A stretch of 64,000 nucleotides of DNA from a virus (IMGVR_UViG_3300045988_110372:17924-81923), one strand, 5' to 3'. Positions 55,508 to 63,584 are shown, counted from the stretch's first letter. The notes: a model not told the origin generated them from the letters alone. Numbers and translations: made by a program.

Positions 55508-55663
55508 AATAGTATTTTTTTAGGTTATTTATAAATTATTTTAGCCTTGTATTCAGGTTCATATCATCTATTTATCAGAAAAGCATTTAAGCCTGAAATA
55601 TTATATCCTTTGGCTTTTTTCGTGCATTCTCTTAAATAGTTTGCATCCGCTTCAAAGTGCATA

Positions 55664-56002
55664 TTATCTTAAGTAGTACACAATAATATTATGAACACTT
55701 TCTCCGTCTGCATCGGGGGATATTTCATACATATATATCACATTTTCAGTTAATCTATAGTATGACTTTTCCCCTTTTTGGTCAAAGTATAACCATGAAT
55801 CATTAGAGAACCTCAGCGCATTTGTCTGTACTTTTGTGACTTTTCTAAATTCCATTTGCGAAAAATCAGGCTTAAATATTTCGATAGCTTCACTGGCTTT
55901 AGTGTGAAGTTCATGTCCTGAAAAACATGCACCGATTAAAGCTGATTCTTTCGATGTCAACAAAGAAATAAATTCCTTTTTAGTGATTTTTGTAGCTTTC
56001 AT
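55664..56002 (-). CDS. Hypothetical protein
   Basis: ORF track. Confidence 0.5.
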   Translation of the reverse strand: MKATKITKKEFISLLTSKESALIGACFSGHELHTKASEAIEIFKPDFSQMEFRKVTKVQTNALRFSNDSWLYFDQKGEKSYYRLTENVIYMYEISPDADGESVHNIIVYYLR

Positions 56003-56091
56003 AAGTCAATAATTTTGTAAGTTAAAAAATTGTGCGCACCCTGATAAATTGAATCAGGTTAAAAAGCCTATCTTTGTGCGCTAAATGTTTG

Positions 56092-56475
56092 TTAGTCTTC
56101 TTCTTCGTCTTCAGGTAGTTCTTCTTCCAGTTCATCCAATATTTCGGAAATAGATTGATTCAGCAGATAGCATCGTATTGTGACGTCACAACTTTCCGCA
56201 CTTTCAATAATATCTGCTAAATCTGTGTTGAACTCGTTACAAGCTTCTTTTAATAAATCCATGTTGTGACAAATATTTTCTTCCGCTTGCCACGCGTTAA
56301 AAGTATAGCTGCCTGAAGCGTTGCCCGTTACCGAATCATTTACCCAAAGTTCGTCGTATAATCTTTGTTCGAACTCTTCTCTATCATTTTTCAACTCTTC
56401 GATATAGTTATATTCGTTAACAACTACATTTTTAACATCTTCTTTGACTGCTGAATAATAATCGTATCTTTCCAT
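56092..56475 (-). CDS. Highly acidic early protein (candidate DNA mimic / anti-restriction)
   Basis: 127 aa, very rich in Asp/Glu, with the tail ELEEELPEDEEED. One of the first genes of the leftward early operon. Confidence 0.55.
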   Translation of the reverse strand: MERYDYYSAVKEDVKNVVVNEYNYIEELKNDREEFEQRLYDELWVNDSVTGNASGSYTFNAWQAEENICHNMDLLKEACNEFNTDLADIIESAESCDVTIRCYLLNQSISEILDELEEELPEDEEED

Positions 56476-56507
56476 AATATAATATTGTTAATTGTTAGTA
56501 ACTTTCT

Positions 56508-56794
56508 TTATTTGTTGATTCTTTCTTTAGTTGTAAAGAACTTTAAAACCAAAAATGCGCCGTCACTGTATAGTGCAATAGACTTTATTTTTGCGCTTGA
56601 ATACAATAGCTTAAAAGCAGATTCAGGCAAAGCAACAGAGCACACAAGAAAACTTTTTCCGTTCTCTTTAATTTCAGTAAAACCACCTTTTTGGGTAAAA
56701 GTCTTTACAATACATACTCTTTACTTGTGTTCTTTATTCTTTTAATCTGTTTTTCCGAAAGTTCACAAAGAACTGCTTTTACCATATCTTTCAT
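56508..56794 (-). pseudogene. Small early gene split over two frames
   Basis: MKDMVKAVLCELSEKQIKRIKNTSKEYVL* (56705-56794) is followed in another frame, with no start codon, by KTFTQKGGFTEIKENGKSFLVCSVALPESAFKLLYSSAKIKSIALYSDGAFLVLKFF... ending at 56508. Confidence 0.3.
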
Positions 56795-57185
56795 AAGACT
56801 AATATTTAATTGTGAATACTCTTTTGTTTACTCTGCATTTTCACGGGCTTGTAACCGCCTAACAGGCTGCATTAAACAAGCAATAGAAAGCCGTCTAAAC
56901 TGTTTTCTTTCGATTCGTTTCTCTCTCTGTTGCTTTATCGAGTTTATTAGTGCCTACACTAATTTTACAATTTTGTCAATAATTCAAAGAACTATAAAGT
57001 AAGTTCTGTAATATAGGTTGAAAGGTTCACACTTATGAATATAACGCTTTCCTGATATTATAGATATTGAAGAAATACCATATAAAAGAAAGACTTATTT
57101 ATATTTATGAGGTATATAACTAATCAATATTTAAAGAACTATCTGTTTTCTTGTCTGATACAAAGGTAAGACTTTTATTTGAAAC

Positions 57186-57203
57186 TTGCAAATATATTTG
57201 CAA
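57186..57203. promoter_or_regulatory. Perfect 18-bp palindrome TTGCAAATATATTTGCAA (a TAnnTTTG box on both strands)
   Basis: Read directly from the sequence. It is its own reverse complement. Confidence 0.55.
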
Positions 57204-57307
57204 TTATTTTCAAACTTTTTGTCAGTATCAGAAAGAACTACTTGTAATATTAAGGTTTATTATTGCCTTTTTGATTACACTACAAAGATACGAATAATAT
57301 TTTAATC

Positions 57308-57323
57308 TACAAATATATTTGTA
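57308..57323. promoter_or_regulatory. Perfect 16-bp palindrome TACAAATATATTTGTA
   Basis: Read directly. It shares the CAAATAT..ATTTG core with the palindrome at 57186. Confidence 0.55.
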
Positions 57324-57424
57324 TAATATTTCTCAGGAATATGTGTTTTTAACATTTATTTAAAGAGGACTTGTATAATATACTGTGGAATGTAATGTAA
57401 TAGTATATTATATTAGTATAATAA

Positions 57425-57443
57425 GTATGTATGTATGTATGTA
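57425..57443. repeat. (GTAT)4-5 microsatellite
   Basis: gtatgtatgtatgtatgta, read directly. Confidence 0.8.
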
Positions 57444-57495
57444 GGAATATTCTTTATATATATATTGTTTGTATTATTACGAATAAAGGGGTATT

Positions 57496-57511
57496 AGTCA
57501 AATATTTGACT
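57496..57511. promoter_or_regulatory. Perfect 16-bp palindrome AGTCAAATATTTGACT
   Basis: Read directly. It has the same CAAATATTTG core. Confidence 0.55.
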
Positions 57512-58254
57512 ATTGTATAAACAACTAAAATAAATATAAAAACAAAGTTGTAATTATTACAAGTTTACAAAAATAGGAATATATAAAAAGTATACAGTAA
57601 TATATTTATTGCTTGCTTATATAAAACGTTGTTTGTGAAATTAAATAAGAAATGAGTAAAGTATAAAATTGTAATGAATACAAAAAGTAAAATATATCAA
57701 TAATAAATAATTTATAAAAGTATAAAAATAGAATACTTGTATTAATACTTAATACTTAATAAATACAAACGGACGGAGAACGGCAAATGAATAATGATTC
57801 GGAACTTTGCGAATTTTCTTTACACAAGCGTTTTCTATTGGAAAATATTTCTTGCGTAAGCTTTTATCAGGCTTGAATCTTTATGCTGACAAATTACTTT
57901 CCATTGGAAATATCTGCAAGCAAACGATACGTTCGTTTTGTTCATTTGCAGCCAATGTTAGACGTGTTCTTTCTTCGTGCTGATATATTGTATCACTTTG
58001 TTTGCGTTCGTTGAATCTAGCGCAAATAAACATGTTTAGACGGGGTATTCCTTTGTACCCTTGAATCGTACCCGAAAGATACCCCCTAGCGGGGCGGGTG
58101 CTGATTTTTACCCTCAGAGCGGGAGTTAGGGAATCCGAAAATTTTTATTATAAAAAAATATACACTTTTCCTATAAATTCTAAAAATATAGATTCTGAAA
58201 AAATTTTTTTCCCAAAATTTACCCTATAAACATTGATTTTATCAATTTTCTCCC

Positions 58255-58262
58255 TATCTTTG
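58255..58262 (+). promoter_or_regulatory. TATCTTTG -7 box for the rightward operon
   Basis: Exact TAnnTTTG match about 140 nt upstream of the ATG at 58400. Confidence 0.4.
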
Positions 58263-58301
58263 CATCAAGAATAAGGCTATACTTCTAAAATTTGCTTTCT
58301 T

Positions 58302-58391
58302 ATAAGCCGATTTTTCCGATTTTCTTTTGAAATTGGTACAAGTTATAGTCTTAGCCTCTAAAAATTGAAAATTTACGTTTCACTAAAATTA
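58302..58391 (+). repeat. Copy A of a ~90-nt diverged intergenic repeat
   Basis: Shares blocks ataagc, gattttt(c)c-gattttcttt, tatag..ttag, cgttt and ctaaaatta with 59645-59734. My ungapped hand count is 53/90 identical. Confidence 0.45.
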
Positions 58392-58399
58392 ATTAGCCT

Positions 58400-59005
58400 A
58401 TGGAGATAAAAGGAAAGGTACATTGTTTCTTTGAACAGAGCGGTACGTTTAAGAACGAGTTCATAAAATTGGGGTATGAAGCATACGACTACGATATTCA
58501 GAACAACTTCGGGCAGACAGACTATGTTATAGACTTGTTTGCGGAGATTGAGAATGCCTATGATGAAAAGCCGAGTGTTTTTGACAATATTGCAAGTGAC
58601 GATTTGATTTTGGCGTTCTTTCCTTGTATATATTTTGAATCCTTACAAATGCCGTATTATAGTTTTGACTCCACAAATCTTCGTGGAAAAAGTTTAAAGA
58701 AGTCATACGACATTGTACTTGAAAGGATAAAAAACAGAGAGAAATTTTTGGTTTTATTGTATAAATTATGTGGTATAGCGGAGATTAGAGGCTTACGATT
58801 AATTATAGAGAATCCGGCTACAGCACCTCAATATTTGTTGTTTACGCAAAACTTTGTAAAGAAACCTACTTTTATAGATAAAGACAGGATGCAAAGAGGA
58901 GATTACTTTAAAAAACCTACAGCATACTGGTTTTTCAATTGTGTTCCTACTTATGGAAAATCTTATCAGAATGATAAAGAAAAAAAAGACAATAGGGAAA
59001 TGTAA
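58400..59005 (+). CDS. Cytosine-C5 DNA methyltransferase-like protein, N-terminal frame (ends just after an A8 tract)
   Basis: FFPCIYFES (PC-motif-like), IIENP (ENV-like), and an N-terminal FFEQSGTF SAM-loop-like segment. Confidence 0.55.
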   Translation: MEIKGKVHCFFEQSGTFKNEFIKLGYEAYDYDIQNNFGQTDYVIDLFAEIENAYDEKPSVFDNIASDDLILAFFPCIYFESLQMPYYSFDSTNLRGKSLKKSYDIVLERIKNREKFLVLLYKLCGIAEIRGLRLIIENPATAPQYLLFTQNFVKKPTFIDKDRMQRGDYFKKPTAYWFFNCVPTYGKSYQNDKEKKDNREM

Positions 59006-59132
59006 GAGTGGTGTAAAAGCCGGAATATGCAGTGAAGAGCGCAGTATGATTTCTCCCGACTATGCACGTAACTTTATATGTGACTTTATTTTAGGAAAGA
59101 AGCAAGAAATAAGTCAGCTAAGTTTGTTTTAA
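58941..59132 (+). CDS. Out-of-frame continuation of the methyltransferase-like gene
   Basis: After the A8 run (58980-58987) the +1 frame reads KKKKTIGKCKSGVKAGICSEERSMISPDYARNFICDFILG. Removing one A would fuse it to 58400-59005. Confidence 0.4.
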   Translation: MFLLMENLIRMIKKKKTIGKCKSGVKAGICSEERSMISPDYARNFICDFILGKKQEISQLSLF

Positions 59133-59133
59133 T

Positions 59134-59331
59134 ATGGAAGAGTTTTTGAAGTTTTTAATATGTGTATTTAGTGCTATTTTATATGGCACTTCCATTACAA
59201 ACCTTGTTTCGTTTATTTTTGGTATTGATGAAAGATACATTTTACACTGCATTTCATTTTTTATTTTAGCATTGTTGATGGATATTTTGAATGAATTGAA
59301 GAAGTTTAACGATAAAAACAAGTTGTTATGA
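59134..59331 (+). CDS. Small membrane protein
   Basis: ORF track. Two hydrophobic segments. Confidence 0.45.
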   Translation: MEEFLKFLICVFSAILYGTSITNLVSFIFGIDERYILHCISFFILALLMDILNELKKFNDKNKLL

Positions 59332-59624
59332 AAATCCGGGAATTAGAGAAAGAGTTTGTAAAGAAGGGTGTAAAGTACACTCAGATTGAGAAGAACGATG
59401 TTTATATTTTGTACAGATGCGAATGTTTGGAATACCACGATGTCTATTATGAAGTATTCAGACTGAAGTTAGTTCCTCCTCATCCATACGATACAGGTGG
59501 CTATGACATGGTTGAGGCTTATCCGTCAAATGAGAACTTCGGATGCAATTCTTGGTGCTGTTCTGACATAGATTCCTTGAAAAAGGTTATGAAGAAGCAG
59601 TTTGATATAGATTATAAGGCTTAA
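59328..59624 (+). CDS. Hypothetical protein
   Basis: ORF track. ATGA overlap with the upstream gene. Confidence 0.5.
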   Translation: MKIRELEKEFVKKGVKYTQIEKNDVYILYRCECLEYHDVYYEVFRLKLVPPHPYDTGGYDMVEAYPSNENFGCNSWCCSDIDSLKKVMKKQFDIDYKA

Positions 59625-59644
59625 TTTCTTAAATTTACTGTTAG

Positions 59645-59734
59645 ATAAGCGTGATTTTTCGATTTTCTTTGTTTGAATGATAACTTGTATAGATTAGTCG
59701 GAGAAAGTTCATAAATTGCGTTTATCTAAAATTA
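59645..59734 (+). repeat. Copy B of the ~90-nt diverged intergenic repeat
   Basis: See copy A (58302-58391). Confidence 0.45.
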
Positions 59735-59768
59735 TTATAATTTAGTTGTAGATTTGAAACTTTATACT

Positions 59769-59776
59769 TAAATTTG
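59769..59776 (+). promoter_or_regulatory. TAAATTTG -7 box
   Basis: Exact TAnnTTTG match 26 nt upstream of the ATG at 59802. Confidence 0.45.
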
Positions 59777-59801
59777 TGGTGTTAAATTAAAACGAAAGAT
59801 T

Positions 59802-60200
59802 ATGGAAAGAGAAATCAAATTCAGAGCGAAACGAGTAGATTTAAACGATTGGATGTACGGCTATTTGCGTGAAGTTTGGGGCGAAACTAAAAGAATATTT
59901 GTAATAGCTCCTGCAAATAAGTTTGAATATGACGGATATACCGACACAGAAGAAGATTATGTACAACCTGACACTATCGGTCAGTTCACCGGATTGTACG
60001 ACAAGAACGGTAAAGAGATTTATGAAGGTGACATCGTATTACAGAAAGATTATCACGGAAAGAAAACGCCTATGGATGTAAAGTTTGAATGTGGTGCGTT
60101 TATTGTAGGGTATCATAACGGGAGTTCAACTAAGCGCAGACCTATGCTGTTAAATAGTCAGTGTGAAGTTATTGGGAATGTTTTTGATGATTCGTTATAG
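59802..60200 (+). CDS. YopX-family protein
   Basis: IKFRAKRVDLNDWMYGYL ... GQFTGLYDKNGKEIYEGDIV ... VIGNVFD. Confidence 0.8.
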   Translation: MEREIKFRAKRVDLNDWMYGYLREVWGETKRIFVIAPANKFEYDGYTDTEEDYVQPDTIGQFTGLYDKNGKEIYEGDIVLQKDYHGKKTPMDVKFECGAFIVGYHNGSSTKRRPMLLNSQCEVIGNVFDDSL

Positions 60201-60208
60201 GAATAATT

Positions 60209-60433
60209 ATGGCAAAGAAAGAATTTAATGTCGGAGAAACATTTCAGTGCGGGCTTGTGAAGCTGAGAGTTGAACCATCTAAAAAGCCTACATCGTGTGT
60301 AGGATGTTTTTTCTGGAACGAGAATTTCCCGATGTGTGACGATTTTGCTGAAGCATTTGTAGGTAAATGCGATATAAGTCGAAATGATAAAACTGGTGTA
60401 ATCTTTGTAAAAGTGGAGGATACAGAAGAATAA
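60209..60433 (+). CDS. Small CxGCxF Cys-domain protein (paralogous to part of 38916-39767)
   Basis: VGETFQCGLVKLRVE..CVGCFF..C....GKCD..RNDKTGVIFVKV. Confidence 0.5.
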   Translation: MAKKEFNVGETFQCGLVKLRVEPSKKPTSCVGCFFWNENFPMCDDFAEAFVGKCDISRNDKTGVIFVKVEDTEE

Positions 60434-60438
60434 AATAT

Positions 60439-60639
60439 ATGGTAGTAGAAACAGAAAGACTGGTTAGTGTAAGAGAGTATGCCGACTACAAGGGAGTTTC
60501 CTTGACGGCAGTCTACAAATGGATTGACAAAGGCGAAGTAAGAGGTGTCAAGATTGGAATTTTTAACTTTGTAATGCTTGAATTGGATGAGGCAAAGAAG
60601 ATTAAGGAAAGGAAAGTATCAGCCTGTTTCAAAGGTTGA
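60439..60639 (+). CDS. Excisionase/MerR-like HTH DNA-binding protein
   Basis: VSVREYADYKGVSLTAVYKWIDKGEVRGVKIG. Confidence 0.65.
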   Translation: MVVETERLVSVREYADYKGVSLTAVYKWIDKGEVRGVKIGIFNFVMLELDEAKKIKERKVSACFKG

Positions 60640-60708
60640 ATACGTTGTTCAGGATTGTCCTATATTGGGAAAGAAAATTGTTGTACATTATTTAGATAAC
60701 GAAAAGAA

Positions 60709-61812
60709 ATGAATATCAGAGTTAATAAGTCGGAATTTGTAAAAGGTCTTTTAGTAGGAGGCTCTTTTGCTGGCAGAACAAAGTTTTTGCCTATTTTGGA
60801 TTGTGTAAAGATTAAGGTTAAGAACGGAAGCATGGTAATTGTTTCTTCTGACAATGAAAATGCTATCAGCAAGCGTATATTCGGTGTAGAATCGGACGGT
60901 GAGGTTTCATTCTGTGCAGGTTATAAAAGCCTTCTGTCTTACGTGAAGCTTATAAAGAGTGAATTTATAGACTTGGTGGTTGACGATGAGGTCAAGAATT
61001 TGGAGGTCAAGCATGATAAGGGAAGTGTAAGTTTGCCTCTTTCTGATGCTTCTGAATTTCCTTCGATGCAGCCTGATGAAAATGCGGTATATATCAGCAT
61101 GGATAGTGCTTTGCTGAACAACTGGATTGTAGACGGTCAGGTATTTGTTGGCAATGATGAGTTACGTCCAGTAATGGGGGCTATCTATTTCTATTGCGAC
61201 AAGGGAGAATTGGGAGTATGTTCTTCTGACGGTCACTACATGTTTACGGATTTTGTAAGTTCGGAACTTGAAGATTTCAACTTTATGCTTAACAAGGGAG
61301 CATTTAAAGCCGTATGTGACGTATGTAAGGACTCTGATATTGTCAAGGTGAGCATTGGAAGTAACAATATCAAGTTTTCTTCGGACGATTGTTCTGTTTT
61401 GGTGAGAACCATTGAATCAAAATATCCAAATTTCAAGTCCGTTTTCCCGAAAAACAATCCTATAAACGCAAAATTGTTGAAAAAAGACTTTGTTGATGCA
61501 ATTAACAGATGCAAACTTGGTGCAAGTCAGACTACTTGTCTTGTCAAACTGAATATTTCAGGCATGAACTTGGAAGTCAGTGCGCAGGATTTGGATTTCA
61601 ACATCAAATCTGTTGAAAATATGCTTGTTGAGGCTAACGGAAGCATTGTTATCGGCTTCCATGCAGAGAAATTGCTTGCAGTATTGGGTTGTATAGGCAC
61701 GGAATACGTAAATATTGAGCTTTCCGAATCTTCAAGGGCGGGATTGTTCAAGGAAGATGATGAAAACAGTCATAAACTGTTGCTTCTGATGCCTATGCTT
61801 CTGAACGATTAA
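60709..61812 (+). CDS. dnaN: DNA polymerase III beta-type sliding clamp
   Basis: 367 aa. The N-terminus (LPILDCVKIKVKNGSMVIVSSDNENAIS) and the C-terminal LLLMPMLL match the DnaN pattern as I recall it. Confidence 0.8.
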   Translation: MNIRVNKSEFVKGLLVGGSFAGRTKFLPILDCVKIKVKNGSMVIVSSDNENAISKRIFGVESDGEVSFCAGYKSLLSYVKLIKSEFIDLVVDDEVKNLEVKHDKGSVSLPLSDASEFPSMQPDENAVYISMDSALLNNWIVDGQVFVGNDELRPVMGAIYFYCDKGELGVCSSDGHYMFTDFVSSELEDFNFMLNKGAFKAVCDVCKDSDIVKVSIGSNNIKFSSDDCSVLVRTIESKYPNFKSVFPKNNPINAKLLKKDFVDAINRCKLGASQTTCLVKLNISGMNLEVSAQDLDFNIKSVENMLVEANGSIVIGFHAEKLLAVLGCIGTEYVNIELSESSRAGLFKEDDENSHKLLLLMPMLLND

Positions 61813-61853
61813 AAATATTTTGGTATTTTATTTGTTTTTACTTTATAAATACC

Positions 61854-61861
61854 TATATTTG
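61854..61861 (+). promoter_or_regulatory. TATATTTG -7 box
   Basis: Exact match about 95 nt upstream of the ATG at 61957. Confidence 0.45.
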
Positions 61862-61956
61862 CAGTGTAGAATTGCTTTGTTAATAACAAATCCTTGTCGG
61901 TTGGATGGTTAAACCGTCATTTTTATTGAAAATTAATTTAAACATTTAAACTTTGT

Positions 61957-62568
61957 ATGATTATGGAACAGAAATTAGTAAAAGTACCGTTTGAGGTAGA
62001 ATTAGCAAAACGAATTAGTAATGGAAATAAAGAAGGTAGAATTGTCACAAGAGGTGGAGATGAAGCTAGGATAGTTTGCTGGGACTACAAATCAATGTCA
62101 GGTGATTATCCCATATTAGCATTAATTAATAAAGGAAGACAAGAATTGCCTATTCCTTACTCCAAAAAAGGCCGATATAACGTGTATGGATATTTCAGTG
62201 AGGATTGCTTAGACCTCATGCTAGAAATCCCCGAATCCCTGACTTTTAAGGATGGGGATATTGTAGCGTGCGGATGGGAAGAACATAACGAAAGCAGTAG
62301 TTGGATAAGTATTATAAAATCTGTAAATACTTCTGCTTATGGTGTACGTACAAGTGACTATGTAATCTTAATAACAAAAAGCAATAGCAATACAGATGGG
62401 GTTATAAAGTATGACAGTTATACTACTTCGGGAGAATGGATAAGAAAAGCTACCGAAGAAGAAAAACAAACACTCATTGATGCACTTAAAGAAAGTAAAG
62501 AACCTAAAGCCAAAGAATACTTGAAGCGTTTCTTTAATATTGAAGTAAAGCCGGAAAGAAATTTGTAA
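61957..62568 (+). CDS. Hypothetical protein (zero-frame product)
   Basis: ORF track, 203 aa. Confidence 0.55.
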   Translation: MIMEQKLVKVPFEVELAKRISNGNKEGRIVTRGGDEARIVCWDYKSMSGDYPILALINKGRQELPIPYSKKGRYNVYGYFSEDCLDLMLEIPESLTFKDGDIVACGWEEHNESSSWISIIKSVNTSAYGVRTSDYVILITKSNSNTDGVIKYDSYTTSGEWIRKATEEEKQTLIDALKESKEPKAKEYLKRFFNIEVKPERNL

Positions 62569-62768
62569 AGCAATGGAAAGAAAAGTTCAAAGGACTTGAC
62601 GGAAAGGTTTTATCTGATTATGGAATACCTGTTTATCACGAAAATAGCGGAGTTTACTATAATTGGTTGCCGATAAAAGACGGTGAAAGATATGGCATTG
62701 AAGTAGCTTCATCAATCATTGATAAAATGGATAAAAGGGATGAAAAACAATTCGATATAGATGTTTGA
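62565..62768 (+). CDS. Start-less -1 frame extension of the preceding gene (possible frameshift product)
   Basis: The frame is open from 62544 and reads VKQWKEKFKGLDGKVLSDYGIPVYHENSGVYYNWLPIKDGERYGIEV...; there is no ATG until close to its end. A_AAT_TTG lies immediately before the zero-frame stop. Confidence 0.35.
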   Translation, partial: VKQWKEKFKGLDGKVLSDYGIPVYHENSGVYYNWLPIKDGERYGIEVASSIIDKMDKRDEKQFDIDV

Positions 62769-62786
62769 TTTCTCAAAAATATTCAT

Positions 62787-62794
62787 TATATTTG
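62787..62794 (+). promoter_or_regulatory. TATATTTG -7 box, followed by a hairpin leader
   Basis: Exact match. Downstream, tagtgcgg (about 62809) pairs with ccgcacta (about 62870). Confidence 0.45.
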
Positions 62795-62915
62795 CGGTAA
62801 TGTTTAAAGTAGTGCGGTAGTGGGAGTAATTAACCCACGAATGAGGGGTTTATCTTGTTCCTTCCCCTTCCGCACTATTTATTTTAAAGGAACAGGAAAT
62901 AAATAAGGAACAAGT

Positions 62916-63584
62916 ATGAAAAAAGAAAAGTTAACCTACGCAGAAATGCTAAAAGACCCTCGTTGGCAAAAGAGGAAAACAGAAATTCTAACACGTGACA
63001 GATTCACTTGTCAGTTGTGTGGCGACACAGAAAAATCACTTCATGTACATCACAAATATTATCTTAATAATCATCTTCCGTGGGAATATGGCGACAGTGC
63101 TTTAATTACCCTTTGTGAAGATTGCCATTCATGGGTTCACGAAAACGGTAATGAAGTATATAATGCTCCAATTAAGATAGGTGATGTAGTTTATTATGAA
63201 CATAGCGATTATGATAACTACGGAATAGTTTTCTTTATAAATTATAGAGAAAGAAGTTTTTCTACACTTATGGTAGATTCAGGTATTGGATTTTCAGAAT
63301 GTGTTATTTATCACTTTCAATTTGAAGATATAAACCGGAATGTTCAAACGGTAGAAGATTTTTTCAGTGAAGATAATTATGATTCTACTTCGTTATTTTA
63401 TTGTTTGTATGGCTTAATAAATGACAACCCAAATATAAGTTTAGATTATTACCATGAGGAAGGTTCTCTTGATAATCTTAACCTTATGAAAATGAAGTTT
63501 AATGAAATGTTGGCAAATAACGATTCGTTGAATAATATGTATATCACAGCAGTAAACGGTAATTTATCTTTTTTGGAGGACTAA
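62916..63584 (+). CDS. HNH nuclease domain protein
   Basis: W.KRK.EILTRDRFTCQLCG....LHVHHKYY........LITLCEDCHSWVHE. Confidence 0.7.
   Translation: MKKEKLTYAEMLKDPRWQKRKTEILTRDRFTCQLCGDTEKSLHVHHKYYLNNHLPWEYGDSALITLCEDCHSWVHENGNEVYNAPIKIGDVVYYEHSDYDNYGIVFFINYRERSFSTLMVDSGIGFSECVIYHFQFEDINRNVQTVEDFFSEDNYDSTSLFYCLYGLINDNPNISLDYYHEEGSLDNLNLMKMKFNEMLANNDSLNNMYITAVNGNLSFLED

Noticed and set aside
56485-57002. Plus-strand ORFs 56485-56745 and 56691-57002
   Set aside because: They are hydrophobic, low-complexity frames antisense to a more protein-like minus-strand reading frame, and no promoter context supports them.
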